64,000 nt of DNA. It comes from Eledone cirrhosa (Eukaryota). Position numbers and translations under genes: made by a program. The DNA lies in contig OZ024740.1 of the NCBI GenBank assembly GCA_964016885.1, forward strand, positions 353,834,001 through 353,898,000. The letters are read 5' to 3'. The notes beneath the pieces are model-generated. The model searched no databases. It was not told the origin of the DNA and saw only the letters and a program-made list of their open reading frames with translations. This document shows positions 26,466 through 40,859 of the stretch, in pieces (position 1 is the stretch's first letter; each line of letters opens with the position of its first letter).

Positions 26466-26976
26466 TATACTATTAATAAAAAAAGCACCAAAGAATCAAT
26501 GCATCTTCAAACTAACACCTGTTTCAGCCGACCTGAACTTTGTCCTGGGGGTCATAGAGTTACAGTTCAAAAACCTAAAAAAAAATTAGATTTCAAAATT
26601 TCAAACATTTTATTTTCTAAAAAAAAATATTTAATTTATTTATGGTTTTATAATTTAACCTCCAGGAGTTGAACTCAGAGCGGAATCCTCAGAGTGTTGT
26701 TGTTGTCATTGTTGTGATTGATGTATGAGTTAACCTATGTGAAATATCGATATGCTAAAATAAACTCTGAGGATTCCGGTCTGAGACCAACTCCTGAAAG
26801 TTCAATTATAAAACCATGAATAAATTTTAAAGAATTTTTGAAATTTTAGAATTTTAAGTTTTTGAGGTTTTTGAATTGTAACTCTATGACCTTGGGACGA
26901 AGTTTAGATCGGCTGAAACATGTGTTAGTTTGAAAATGCATTGATTCTTTGGTGTTTTTTATTTATTAATAGTATA
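26466..26976. repeat. Fold-back inverted repeat with ~220-bp diverged arms, pLTR-like
   Basis: tatactattaataaa..caccaaagaatcaatgcat mirrored at the right end; ggaatcctcagagt/actctgaggattcc near the centre. Confidence 0.85.
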
Positions 26977-27059
26977 TAGCAGGACTGCGGGAACCCCGTT
27001 GCATTGAGCTTCTAAACATCCGGTAAAGTTGTAATACTCAACTTAATAATAATATTATT

Positions 27060-27300
27060 ATTCAAAAGTTATTAAAAATATTTAAAAAATTATCTAATTT
27101 GCAGATGTTCCCGGTTTTATCAGCCCGTACGAATAGCTTCCTTGAATTTTTGAAAGGGAGCATATCCTTGTTGTAAGGAGGACTTTTGTGAATTAAATCC
27201 GAACTTATGCTCAGGAGCGGAAGCGAGGGTATTGCCATCGAAGAAATAGTCTTTCCATTGTCCTGCTGTTTATACAAAAAAAGTTCTGCCTATGTCGCTT
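27060..27300 (-). mobile_element. Penelope-like element ORF N-terminal remnant
   Basis: HKFGFNSQKS-PP and LFVRADKTGN motifs across frames. Confidence 0.55.
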
Positions 27301-27849
27301 AAAACATATCTACTCACTGGACAGTACACCGGATAACCCACTACCCCACGGATTATCAGATAACGGTATATACCGGATTGTGTAGATGTCGGAAGACACT
27401 CCCACTCTACCCCACCCCATCTAGATTCTATATCTCGGCAACCACTAACAACCCCTAAGCATCACTAACTGTGGGTAACCCAGCATCAAAAACAGTGTTT
27501 CATATATTCTATCACTTTTCTGTGTTATTTATCACATGGCATACATTATACTCTATAATTGCATGACCTCCACCATCCTTATATTCTTCGAATCCACATA
27601 TTTTACTTCATATTATATTACCAGGTCATTACATATGGAGGTATTTGTAACAAGGTACGCGTAACCAGGGAATATTACACCCGATATAGAAAAGTATGGT
27701 CATCTGAAACTCTGTGTACAATAAAACAGTGACTCACACCGTGCTTGCTGTGTCTCTCCTAACACCAACGTTTGGATTACTCGATTGAACGATAGATCAA
27801 ATCCGAGCTATTGTTAAAACCCGAAAAAAATTAAACACCGAAAACTTCC

Positions 27850-29050
27850 ACATCAACAGTGACATAGACCGCCTCTACTTGAAACGTAAGCAGTGAGGCA
27901 GTCCAGACAGCATTTGAGTGTCGCAACATATCCCTCCGATAACATCTACGAACCTCCAAGCGTAAGAACCCATCTATTGAGAAAGTGTGTCTACATGATA
28001 CAGATGATATCATGTGAGTTGGGAAGGAACTCATTAAAAGATACTCCCTGCATGATAATCAAAAACTCACACTGCAATACCACAGTGAATCCATGGATGC
28101 CAGGCTGCATGCTTATCAGCCAAAATTCATGCATGAATATGTTTCCAGGAAGCTCCAGACTGAGAGTAATATAGATAAACAAAGTAGTCTATCTTGAACC
28201 AACAACCGGTATATTGGCTCCCACTTTCAAGGATATGTTTCTGCAATCCAAGAAAAGGAAATCAATACAACATATCTGATTCACAAAAGTGATAGGGATG
28301 CAAGCAAAACATCTAGATGTGACAACAAATGCAGACCTGCAGAATTGACATCGAAGATTTCACCCATGTCATAAAAAGCTGTCAAAAGAAGTCATCACAG
28401 TACTATCTACCTATGAGGCATGATGTAGTGGCTAAAACACTGTACAATGCAATCCGTAGAAAATATAGCCCCGACAATAAATATATTAAAAGTTACAGCA
28501 ATGTGGAAGACATATACATACATAATATGAGAGAGTACTGGTGGAATGATCCAGTCAAAAACCTAATAAAATGTAAGCATAACAGACCAGATATAATTGT
28601 TCTACTTTTTGGCACAAGGCCAGCAATTACCCAGTGCATTACTGGTACTTTAGTTTATTGACCCCGTAAGGATGAAAGGCAAAGTTAACCTCGGCGGGAT
28701 TTGAACCCAGAATGGCAAGGGCGTCTATGCGTCAAAGCATGGCGTCCGACCCTCTACCGATACTGCCAATCCACATGGGATAGGGATAAGAAGGCATGCA
28801 CAGTAATGGAAGTCAGCTGCTCAGCAGATGCCAATATAATATCGAAAAGGAGAATATCTATGCAGAACTAATGAGGAATCTGCAGACACTCCCTGACATA
28901 TACCTGTGATTATTGGAGCACTGGGATATTTTAGCAAGTGCCTCAGTACAAATCTTGTTCTTCACAGAACCATAAAGAACGCGACTAGTTAAGAAATTAC
29001 AAATAGAATCCATTAATGGAACAGTAAAATATGTAAAACATTCCAAAAAT
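27850..29050 (+). mobile_element. R4/Dong-like RLE LINE 3' remnant interrupted by a SINE
   Basis: AIQEKEINT, C..C....HVIKSC, RHDVVAK, NRPDII | WDRDKK..EVSC, VIIGALG. Confidence 0.8.
28594..28773 (-). mobile_element. tRNA-derived SINE nested in the RLE domain
   Basis: Matches 12498-12688. Confidence 0.85.
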
Positions 29051-29694
29051 TCTGCATGTAATAATTGTATGTACACATGTACAGATACAAAACATATGCA
29101 AACGCACACATATAACTCAAAACATCCACAACCACACATACAGTAACATCTATACCTGCACATACACACGCTTGCATGCAGGCATGCAGACATATCTACC
29201 TAGTTGGTGTTGTTCAAATCCCAATGAAATAGTCTTGTTAGAAACCGACTCTCTATTGTCAAAAAGTTATAAAATTATGAAACCAGAAGAACATACATAC
29301 AAAAATACATACACACATACATACATACATACATACATACATACATACATACATACATACATACATACATGATGGCTGCCCCCTCGTTATCGAGTATGGC
29401 CATTGCACGAGGAGAAAGAAAAAAAAAATAATAATAATAATAAATAAATAAAAATAAAATAAAAATTTAAAATAAAAGAAATATATATATATATATATAT
29501 ATACATATACATACACATATACACACACACACACACACACACTCACATACACATATACACACACACATTAATAACAATAATAATAATAATAACAACAATA
29601 ATAATAACGACAACAACAATAATAATATACATATACATATATATATACACACACACGCACACACATAAGCATATCTACACACACACACACACAC

Positions 29695-32125
29695 GATAGC
29701 AACTAACAGCGCTGCGATCGAATGTGGCCTTTTAGCCCAGCCAATGATCTAAAATGTCTTGCACAGAGTCGGCAACCAAAACATTCACTGGGAATAGTCG
29801 GCTGTGGTTGGAGTTCGTGTACTTTTGCATGTCGCTGATTTACATTCTCTACCACATGTTTGGCAAACATGATGAGTAGCATCTCCAACAGCAGCCTGGT
29901 AGTCAACCACTGGTCTTACTTTATGACTGCGAAGATGACTTTCGAGTCCAGCTTTGCTTAGGCAGAGTCTCGCACATACGCTGCATGTCAGCACCATAGG
30001 AGGACCCTCGCCGTCTGGAAGTGCAACAGCAATGCCCTTCCTCACATCCCGCTTTACTTTCTCGTATGCGATTCGAGATGCCTCAAAGGCAACTTTACCC
30101 TCATATACAGTCTTTCTCCATTTATTACGATCAGCAGCAATATTCTCCCATGTATCAGCAGAGATGTTAGCGTCTTTCAGAGAGGCTTTCAAGGAATCCT
30201 TATACCTCTTTTTTGGTTTATGTGGCGGTCGTTTTCCTTTAACCAACTCTCCATAAAAGAGTTGTTTTGGTATTCTAGAATCCTTCATCCTGGCAAGGTG
30301 ACCACTCCAACGGAGTCGTTGCTTAAGCACAAGAGCTTCTATACTGTCACACATAGAGCTTTCCAAAATCTCGACATCACTGATGTGGTCCCTCCAGTAA
30401 ACGCCATGGATCTGTCTGAGACACATCTGATGGAAACGCTCCAATTGCTTAAGGTGGTGTCGATATGTGACCCAGGTCTCGCAGGCATAAAGAAGACAAG
30501 AGAGCACACATGCCCTGTACACCTCTACCTTTGTCCTCCTGCATATGTCTCGCCTTTCTAGCTTTCCGAAAGCATCACTTGCTTTCCTAATCCTAAATGA
30601 GATTTCACTGTCAAGGTTGCCGTATCGATTGACAGTGCTTCCCAGGTAGACAAACTGATCAACCACTCCAAGTCGTTTGCCATACACATAGATGTTTGGT
30701 TCAGTGTACTGCTTACCAGGGGCAGGTTGGTACATGACGACGGTTTTCTTGAGACTGACAGTCAGACCTAGGGCAGTGCAAGCGTCAGAAAATGCATTCA
30801 AAATGTGCTGCATATCACTCTCTGTGTGCGCTACAAGATCGCAATCATCTGCATACAAGAGGTCTCTTATGATTGATGTAAATACTTTTGTCTTCGCAAC
30901 AAAGCGCCTGATGTTAAATATGCTGCCTGAGGTTCGATATCGGATGTAAACACCATGCTCGCAATTCCTGAATGCAATACAGAAAACCATTGCAAAGTAT
31001 ATGGCAAACAGGGTCGGTGCTGGAATATCCCCCTGTTTCACTCCATTTTTTACTGAGATAGGCTCCGACATGTTACCCCCGACATTAACCCAAGCCTTCA
31101 TGTCGTCATGGAAAGACCTAACTAAAGCAAGGAACTTATCAGGGCAACCAAGTTTCTGGAGAATCTTCCATAATGCATCTCTGTTAACAGTATCGAAAGC
31201 TTTTGTCAGATCGACAAAAACCTGATACAGATCCAAGCCTTGTTCCATGCACTTCTCCTGGAGCTGTCTAGCTGAGAAGATCATATCAGTAGTGCCGCGT
31301 CCAGCACGAAAACCAGATTGACTTTCAGGAAGAATTCAATCTGCAATGTGTGTCAGCAGACGGTCCAGAAGCACACTACATAAAACTTTCCCTACGACAG
31401 AAAGCAATGATATACCTCTGTAGTTCCCACAATCGTTCCTGTTACCCTTTCCCTTGTACAAGACCACCATTACTGCATCTTTCCAGTCCTCAGGTACGGA
31501 TTCATTAGCCCATATCCTGCCAAACAAAGAGTGAAGATGTTGCAGGAGTCTCTCACCACCATATTGTAGTATGTCATCCATACCTGGAGATCTTCCACTG
31601 TTCAGCTTCGAAATAGCCACTGCAACCTCCACAAGCGTCGGAGGTTCTTCGAGAGCTACTTTCACAGGACTTTCTGGAATGAGATTGAGGAAATCTTCAC
31701 TGACGACAGACGGCTGATTCAAAAGATCATCAAAGTGCTCTCGCCACCTTCGTAGAATTCCTTGTGAGTCACGAAGAAGTTCTTTGCCATCCTTGCTGCG
31801 AAGCGGTGTCACCAGAGAAGAAGACGGTCCATAAACCTCACGCAAGAGACTGTACAACAGCTTTGTGTTATTGGAATCAGACGCAGTTTGTATCTCACCA
31901 GCCTTCTCACTCCACCACTGATCCTTCATCTGAGAAAGACTCCGCCTAACACGTGATTTTACATCCCTGAGTTCCTCATGCAACGTATTCCTCTCCTGTG
32001 GTTTTGCCGTCAAGTAGCGTGACAGAGCACGCCTCTTATCAGCCAACAAGTCTTCTATATGTACATCATTCTCATCAAACCAGTCCTGATGTTTCCTCTG
32101 CGCCAATCTCAGAACACGTTGCCTA
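29695..32125 (-). mobile_element. Young 5'-truncated RTE LINE (RT plus C-terminal zinc fingers), frameshifts near 31335 and 29820
   Basis: ORFs 31336..32106 and 29785..31284 with all RT motifs including LYADD; three CxxC(..H) fingers. Confidence 0.95.
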
Positions 32126-32582
32126 CATCATAAACCTACATAAACATACATACATACATATCTTCTAGTTTGGCTTTCTTTAAGATGACCAAGACTCAAG
32201 AATGGCTTGAATGTTTCGTGTAACAAAATTTCCTCAGTGAAACAAACCTCTGAAAAAGAAGACAAGTTTACAGATAAGAACCGGATATTGTGAGTTGGAA
32301 TAGAAATAAAATAATTTGAAATTGAAAAAAGAATTGTCATAAAAATGTTATTAATCTCTGGGCGAAACATGTCCTGTATATAGACACATACACACATACA
32401 TAATGCATACATATATCTAAACATGTATGTGTGTGTGTTTATATATATAGTAATAAGAATATTTATATTTATATATGTTTAATACAACTATAAAAATGGA
32501 GGGTAGTACTAAGTACTAGCCTGTTACCGGTATGACAAAAGGTTCAATGCAAATTTTCAAATATTTTACAGAGCCGAGATAC

Positions 32583-32719
32583 AAAGTGTTAAAACGATCA
32601 AATTTTAGTTTAAAACATTTATTTGCTAACAATTGTTTCTTCCAGAGGGAAGTCTGATCCATCGGAAGAAACAATTGTCAGTAAATAAATGTTCTAAACT
32701 AAAATTTGATCGTTTTAAC

Positions 32720-32724
<5 letters not shown>
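32583..32724. repeat. Fold-back element with ~61-bp arms made of an HHR 3' half plus tail
   Basis: ttcc..ggaa-GAAA-caattg-TC-agtaAATAAA, mirrored on the left. Confidence 0.8.
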
Positions 32725-32775
<51 letters not shown>

Positions 32776-32909
32776 CACCCGTTTTACGTGTGTTGTGTTG
32801 AAGCAAATAACTTTGTGTATACTCTGTAAATGTATCTTACATTGCCCATGGAGTGCGCTGAGATACAACCGGTGCTGGCATTGATAAATATGCTGGGTCT
32901 GTCAACCCT

Positions 32910-32982
<73 letters not shown>

Positions 32983-32984
<2 letters not shown>

Positions 32985-33243
32985 AGAAGGCAACTCAGGT
33001 AACTGGGATAACTGCGACATAAAACCTGCGACTCAGTAGTTACCTATGATGTTGATCTTTTCTTCTTTTTGGGTTATAGCTACTGTCGCTCAGAGAGTGG
33101 GTTTGGCTCAGTGCACAGTCTTTCCTCACTTTAAAAAAAGTCTTCACGCACACGCATTGCACGATAGAATTAATTAATTATTAATAATGTTATATCGTGC
33201 AATGACCATATTTGACATCGAGGGGGCAGCCATCATCATCATC
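32983..33243 (+). mobile_element. Non-autonomous RTE-derived element, same family as 5624-5910
   Basis: Reverse-complement homology; ends gcagccatcatcatc. Confidence 0.7.
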
Positions 33244-33245
33244 AT

Positions 33246-33315
<70 letters not shown>

Positions 33316-33531
33316 TTAGAACCCTGTAACCATTAAGCTCTAAGTATAAAGTACAAATAAATACTGAGCCGATTAACAATATATATATGGTTATTGAGGC
33401 GGTTTGTATTATTTGATAATATATTTTTATTTTCATTTCGTCATTCTGTCTGTTTCTTGGTTAAATATTTCAAGCATATGTGGTTTTTCAACCCTTGTAA
33501 TTTTAGACACACGGTTTACTGTGTTTCTTAC

Positions 33532-33583
<52 letters not shown>

Positions 33584-33589
<6 letters not shown>

Positions 33590-33938
33590 ATACTTGGGGA
33601 GGGTCATATTGTTGTAATAATATTGTGCCAGAAATAATAACAGAACACACTCACTGTTTGGTTGATTTTCGCTTCTGTATCTCCCAAAGTATAACAATAT
33701 ATATATATATATTGTTATACTTTGGGAGGGTCATATTGCCAATAAGAAACACACGCACCAGTTGCTTTCACTCTAATCTATTATAAATTTAATTTATAAA
33801 TTTAATTTATAATAAATTGGAGTGAAAGCAACTGGTGCGTGTGTTTCTTATTGGCAACATGACCCTCCCAAAGTACAACAATATCGGTTTCAACACACGT
33901 TTTCAGATAAAGAATCTTGCTAAACAAATTCAGAAACG

Positions 33939-33940
<2 letters not shown>
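33584..33940. mobile_element. Two adjacent fold-back/MITE-like copies of the 15533-15928 family
   Basis: tgttatactttgggagggtca inverted termini. Confidence 0.75.
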
Positions 33941-34015
<75 letters not shown>

Positions 34016-34258
34016 ATTTTAGGTATCTTGTCTTTAATGCGAAGAAATACCAATGATAATCACCAGACTACTGATCATGGACAGTCGTGTATCGGTTTAT
34101 TTTCATTTATATATATATATATAAAGCGATGAAATACCAATGAAGGTTGGAAAATCACTGATGAAGGACTATTTTTACCATATGTAACCCATGTGCAATC
34201 ACGCAGTATTCATTCTTCTCATTTTTTTTATATATATATATGTGCATGTGTGTGTGTG

Positions 34259-34343
<85 letters not shown>

Positions 34344-35099
34344 GTGGTGAAGTTTAACTCGTATCGAGTACGACTACTTTTTTGTTACTGATAGTGCTTA
34401 TTAAGGCAAGTTTCCTTGATGCGAGTAGCAGCTTATCTGCTGTAATTTGTTCATTTGTTAGGTATGCTTAGACACTGCCTTTGAACCACTTTCAAGATAG
34501 AATACTTTGACATATGGTAGTGGTTTTCACCATTATGAGTAGCAAGATAACGTTTATGGCTAATTTAACCCACCTTTGAAAAATACACATAAAGGCTGCT
34601 TCCGAGAGTAGTGCTAAAATCTCCACATATACAGCATGCTTCAGGAAAACATGTGCTTTGCACTTGGATTCAAACTTAGCACCATTAACAATAAGATTTC
34701 TCTAGTAGAATGTATTTGATGCTTGAACATTCCCAAATGTCGATATCATTGCTGGTTTTCTGTGATGCATCTTTCATGTAATCTTTGTATCTTTTCCTTG
34801 GTTTGGATTGCAAGCAATTTTCATACAACTCTCTGCAGATAAGTAAAACATGCTATATCAATATCTACGTAGATTTAATGGCTCAATGTGCTCTGCATTT
34901 ACTCCACTGCAGTCAAAAGACATGTCTGGTCTGCTTCGGTAACCTGATGAGATTAAGGAATGATAACAATAACATTATAGTGAACTATTGAACCATGTTT
35001 CGGGCGTTATTGCTGGTGCTACAGTCGTGCAGGGGCTTCTATTATTTATGATTTTAGTCTACCTCCCTCAGCTATTGAGATAGAAATTGTTATGACAGA

Positions 35100-36300
35100 T
35101 GAATAGCAGAAATCTCGAAGAAAAGTGTTATTTTGCCTGAAATGATAAAGAAATGTAGTAGAATAATGGTAAACTTGATACTACCCATATTCCAACATGT
35201 TGTTAGAAGGTATAACTTACAAGCCTGGAAGCCATTCTTATCTCTCTCTTCATGACCGGATCTTATGTACTTCGGGGCAACTACTCTGAGATGATCTACT
35301 GTCAGTTGTTGGTTAAGTCTTCTAAAGTTTTTGTTCAAGTCTATAGGTTCATAAAATCTGCTTGAATCGCAGTGGGGATTTCTGTTTCAATCGTGGAACA
35401 AAATGCACTACAATCACAATTTGACAGAGAAACACTTAGATCAACAATTTGATCTGTACTAGTGATTCATATATCTTACAAAGTCGTTTGATAATGTTAA
35501 CGGAGATGCTCCGGATAGGTTGATCCTAAAATCAATATCTATTTAGATTGAATTAAAACAGCGTGATCTATTTCCTCTCAGCTTCTTGCCAAAGTGTTCG
35601 TTGTATTAAAATGAGCATTTGTTGCTTGATAGGTAACGACACTGGCATTTATATAAGATGTCAGCCGACAGGAAAACTATTTAACATCCGTCGATTTCTT
35701 GCACCATCAAAAAACTTCAACACTCTTATTCATAACTTGCTACATGCAGATGACTAAATTCTAGTTCACACATTGAGGCTGACTTGCAGATACTGATTTA
35801 CGTTGCATTTGTGTTAAGTTTGAGTTAAAAACAAATGTTAATATTACCACCGACAAGAAGACGATATCATCCAATAATCATTCATATTGAAGTAATACTG
35901 TTAAAGGTCGTGTAAATGTTTGTATTCCCCGGTAATACACTTTCCCCAATTCAGAACCTTGGATAAAGAAATCAGTTACGTAATATATAGTTGGAAGTAA
36001 AAATAGACTTTGGTCACAGTCGGATACAAATCGATGTGGATCCAAAAGGGGTTTACTAAAAAAGAATTGCTATATGGGTGTGAGACGTGTAAAACATACA
36101 TCTTCAGCGTCTAGAAGGTTCCCACTAGCAGTGCTTGTGACGCATTAGAAGAATCTTTTGGAAGTCTGTTGTGCCAGATGTGGCATTCGGGACATTTGTT
36201 AAGTGTGGAATCCATAATAATGAAACACCAGTTACGATGGGTTTAATCAGGCTGCACGCCATGAGAACATTTACTTGGCAAAACAAGACCGACCCAGGTA
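35100..36300 (+). mobile_element. Highly decayed RTE RT remnant
   Basis: ESQWGF, TGKLFNIRRF..LLHADD, LYGCET. Confidence 0.7.
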
Positions 36301-36309
36301 AAGCGCTTG

Positions 36310-36382
<73 letters not shown>

Positions 36383-36388
36383 ATATAT

Positions 36389-36577
36389 ATAGGAATGAAT
36401 CAGGACCCCAACGGCTGAACTCCGGCCGTTTCGACACAGTTCGGATCTAGCTGTCGAAACGGCAGGAGCTCAGCCGTCAGGGTCCTGACTCTTTTCCTAT
36501 TACCCACTCTACTACCCTAAGTATTGAATAATCTGGTGCGTTTTGGTCCACCTGATATCTTACCGCATCCCTCTTTG

Positions 36578-36578
<1 letters not shown>
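36389..36578 (+). mobile_element. pLTR-like repeat (HHR family B 3' half) with a 5' fold-back at 36389-36500
   Basis: GAAA-cggc(aggagctca)gccg-TC; tail shared with 48267-48363. Confidence 0.75.
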
Positions 36579-36625
<47 letters not shown>

Positions 36626-36630
<5 letters not shown>

Positions 36631-37621
36631 AATAATGGAGCTGCGGCGCTGCAAATGGGTTACATATGAAAAAGTTTGTCCTCATCAGTGGCCTTCCAAC
36701 CGTCGTAGGCATTTCGTCGCATTAAAGGCCATATACCTCAGGTTGGTGGGAGCAACGGCTAAAAAAAGTCGTTGGGACACGTAAATAAGGGGGACGCTAG
36801 GGTAAACAAACAAAATGGTTTAAGCAACAGAAAGTGATGAGAAGAAAGAAACAAGCCCCAGATTTCTATGAATATAAATTCGGTGGAATCGTGAACGAGA
36901 GAATAAAGACCATCAAACCTAGTTGAAATGTGAGCAAGGAAGGAATTTCGCACAGGTCTAACGGGAGGAAGAAGGGGTCTGGTCTGCGAATTCGGTAAAC
37001 ATAAGTTCTGTGAAGTCGCAGACGAGAGAGAGAGAAAAAAAATTCATAACGGCTTGGCCAAGTGCCCGCGAGAAAAGGATTACGGACAGGTCAAACGGGA
37101 AGAAAGGGGAGGAGGAGAGGTAGTGACAGAGAGTGAGTGAGTGAAAGGTGAGGAAGAGGCTAACAGAGAGAGAGAGACTGCTAGAAAGGGTAAAGACACA
37201 AAGAACGAAACAGACTGGTGGCAGCGGAGGAAAAAATATATGTGTAAATATGATAATAATGGAGCTGCGGCGCTGCAAATGGGTTACATATGAAAAAGTT
37301 TGTCCTCATCAGTGGCCTTCCAACCGTCGTAGGCATTTCGTCGCATTAAAGGCCATATACCTCAGGTTGGTGCGAGCAACGGCTAAAAAAAGTCGTTGGG
37401 ACACGTAAATAAGGGGGACGCTAGGGTAAACAAACAAAATGGTTTAAGCAACAGAAAGTGATGAGAAGAAAGAAACAAGTCCCAGATTTCTATGAATATA
37501 AATTCGGTGGAATCGTGAACGAGAGAATAAAGACCATCAAACCTGGTTGAAATGTGAGCAAGGAAGGAATTTCGCACAGGTCTAACGGGAGGAAGAAGGG
37601 GTCTGGTCTGCGAATTCGGTA
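36626..37621. repeat. Partial tandem repeat with period 624 bp (372-bp segment duplicated)
   Basis: 36626-36997 is near-identical to 37250-37621. Confidence 0.95.
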
Positions 37622-37684
37622 TGTGTGTGTGTATGTGTGTACGTATTCACGTATGTTTATATGTATGTATGTATGTATGTATGT

Positions 37685-38870
37685 TACCAGAGCTTTTGGT
37701 AACATGTAACCCAGTACAACCTGTTACATTGTCGAGTCATCGGCGGCTAAACCGGCAACTGGGATGAAAAACAAAACACGTCATAGGGCGGAGGAACTCA
37801 TGAGAGCCAGCGACCATCCTACAGTATGTATATAATTGTGTATGACTGTGACTGTTTGATTTTGTCTTTTAACTTTTAACTCTTTTAACTTTCAAACTGT
37901 TAACGGAATTGGGAGGCCCTTGGTCTTCGAATACAGAAATAAGGAAACCCACACCAAACCACGGATGGCCCCTTTGCAAAGCCTAGCACTCAGAGGCCAC
38001 CCTGCCAGGTTTACGGTGAAGTCATTAGTTTGCAGCGTGGTGGATGGTAAACTACAGCAGATAAGTTCAAGTCAGAATCAATGGCGTATGTTATCTGACG
38101 ACATTGAAACGAGCCTTCGGCAGATCGTAGGTATTAAGTGGAAAGCGTGACACCTGACACTGAAGTTTTACAAAGATCGGGTTGCTTTACAATCATTAAG
38201 AGTTAGATGCGTTGGGTAGGGTATATTGTTCACATGAGTGACACAAGGCTTCAAAAGGAAATCTGTTATAGTGAACTTGTGCAAAGAAAAAGACCACAGC
38301 ATAGATCTAGGAAAATGTACAAATATTTCATTAAGGAAAAAGTAAAATGTCTAGGTTTAGATATATATTAATGGTCAAAGCAAGCTCATGATCGTAATAC
38401 ACAGAGAAAAACAATTAAATCTGGGTGTCAACTATTGGGTGAACGAAATAAAAAAAGCGGAAACAGAGCTTAGACGGGTACTAAGAAAGAGTGAGTTCGT
38501 AGGGCTTGAAAATGTTGATTATTGGAATTGCAATATTTATCAACGTTTCCTTCTCTCTAAAGCCGGTTTTGTAAACCATATGAAAACGCATGAACACACA
38601 ATGACACAGGGACATATCTCCCTGCACCTCCAGATGTAACTACTTGTCAAATTTGCAGCAAAATATGTAAGACAACATCCGAGTTAAATTAAATTCCATA
38701 ACCTGATACAATAAACCCAGTACATCTGTTACTTGTGCCAATCAGTTGGATTGAAAAGTCACCTCCGTGCACATGAGATGGCTATCACAAAAGAAGACAT
38801 CTCTCACCCACCCCAAAGTGGGTGGGAGATCTTCTCGTCGGACGGGGAGAGTTGACAGGTCTGCTATCAT
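37685..38870 (+). mobile_element. RTE pieces: 5' UTR (37685-38030) and decayed ORF 3' end with zinc fingers (38105-38870)
   Basis: 5' part homologous to 18985-19152 and 49060-49250; LRQIVGIKWK, LLSKAGFVNHMKTH. Confidence 0.7.
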
Positions 38871-40859
38871 CTGACAAGATGAAGCAATCATCGTGTGTTT
38901 ATAGATTTGTGTGTCTACGAAGAAGAGGTGTCTGTAGAACTTCATATCATTTAATGAAAATAACGTTAAATAACTAGAAATTTATAATAGTCTTTCATTT
39001 TTCCAAACTATTTCTTACTCTGTTCATCATCTTTCATTCTATCTCGCTCTCTCACTCCTCTTTCCTATAGTCATTTTCACCTTTTTTTTCCTTTTTTTCT
39101 TTGGTAATCTTTTCACAATAATGAACAATAGCTGTAATAATTGTCGAAAAGTGGTATGTTTCTTATAGTTATCAACTTGAAGCTGATAAATATTGCTTCA
39201 AGTTTGAATGAAATTAATCGAATAATGGCTAAACGTTTAACGTTACTTCCTGCCAATAAATGAATTTGGCGCATTGGGGAACTATGAAAAATAAACTTGA
39301 TTATTGTTCTAAAATTTAAAAAAAATCTACTGCTATTTTATTTCATTACAATGCGCTCTTAAATTTTAAAATTTTATTTTCAAAGTAATTTTAATTACAA
39401 TTCGATGGTCCAATTCAATTGTATAGTAATTTTTTGTCAATACAAGAATTTATTGTCAGCAGTAAAATTGCTCTTCCTTAAACTTACGTCATTAGATGAG
39501 GTGTACTAATAAGCTACTGGTGTATATAACTGATTAAACAAACTGAAAATTTACATCACTGCCTATGTTGTAAATTTTCCTTCTTTTTGTGCATCTTTCT
39601 TCATTTACTTTGGTTATTTGGGGGGGTTTATTTATGAATTTGTTTTGCTATTGTCCATTAAATTAATTGTTATAATTTCAGCGTGTTATCGTGTTGACTT
39701 TATTATAAATAGAGAATATGTGTATACAGAATATTCAAAAGATCTTGTTCACATTTGAATTGAACCACAGACCCCATCAACATCCTGGCCCCTTTGTGAT
39801 TGTAGAATCATATGACATTCATATACTACATAATTCATATACTACATAATTCATATACTACATAATTCATATACTACATGTATTAAAAATTTGTAGACCG
39901 TTTCAAGAGAGAAATGCATATATCTTAATATCTTTATCGTGATAACCATGTGCAGTTTATCACACTTTTTATTCAAATAATTACGAAATATATTTGTCAA
40001 AGTATATGAAGCGAGACATATAAACAAAATACGAACTCTGTTCTCGCGTATCATCAGAAATTAATTGCTTTAATCCAATTTAATTCAATCAGAGTAAAGT
40101 TAAAATCAGTGAAATGTGAAACTATAAGACCCTAATTGCTTTCTCAATTACTTTTATTCATTCAGTAAGGTCAGCTGAAATCAATATTATTACTAATTAA
40201 ATTATCTCAAAGATCTATATTTAAATCTGATAACATATTTCAATAGCGAAAAGGTCTGCGTTTCCAATTGTGCCAGAAGTTAAAGTATTTCAATATTTCA
40301 CATCTTTTGTATTTCGTGTTTTGTGTAGGCCTCTACATTGAAGGTGGAGTATAGGTAAATTCGTTAAAATGTTGGATAAAATGTTTTCTGGTATCTATTC
40401 CAGCTTTCTCAGGTCAAATATCACCGTGATCGACTTTGTCTTTCAGTTTTTTAAGGTCAATTAAAAAAGGGGACATGTCCAGTACTGGCATCGATTCTTC
40501 TTCTATATCTCTTTCTCCCTTTCTCTGGAAGAAATCGGCTGTGTTCAGACCTGGGAATGGATGGGTGCCACGTAGTTTAAAATGCCCAAGATGTATATTA
40601 CGACGGTATCCATACGACTCCATCAGGAGTTACAAATCCATACATACCAGACATACATCTACACTGAAAAGAAATGCATATCCTTAAATTACAGGGGCTC
40701 ATCAAAACATTGTGCTCTTGATTTTGCTAAAAATGTACTTTCTGGTATATGATTTAAGTAAACTATTCTGAATGTGGCGTTAGGGCGTCCTATTAATAAT
40801 GACTCACTGCACTCTGAGGTCAACTTTGCCTTTCATCTTTTCAAGGTCGGGGAGATAGA

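Noticed and set aside
33875-33912. Minus-strand ctgaaaa-cgtgtgtt-gaaa-ccgata as a hammerhead just outside the fold-back arm
   Set aside because: C3/A8 mismatch and no stem I; the 15868-15900 copy lacks GAAA
34126-34190. SECIS element (ATGA..AA..TGAT)
   Set aside because: Helix between the GA quartet and the apical As is only ~5 bp, too short for a SECIS
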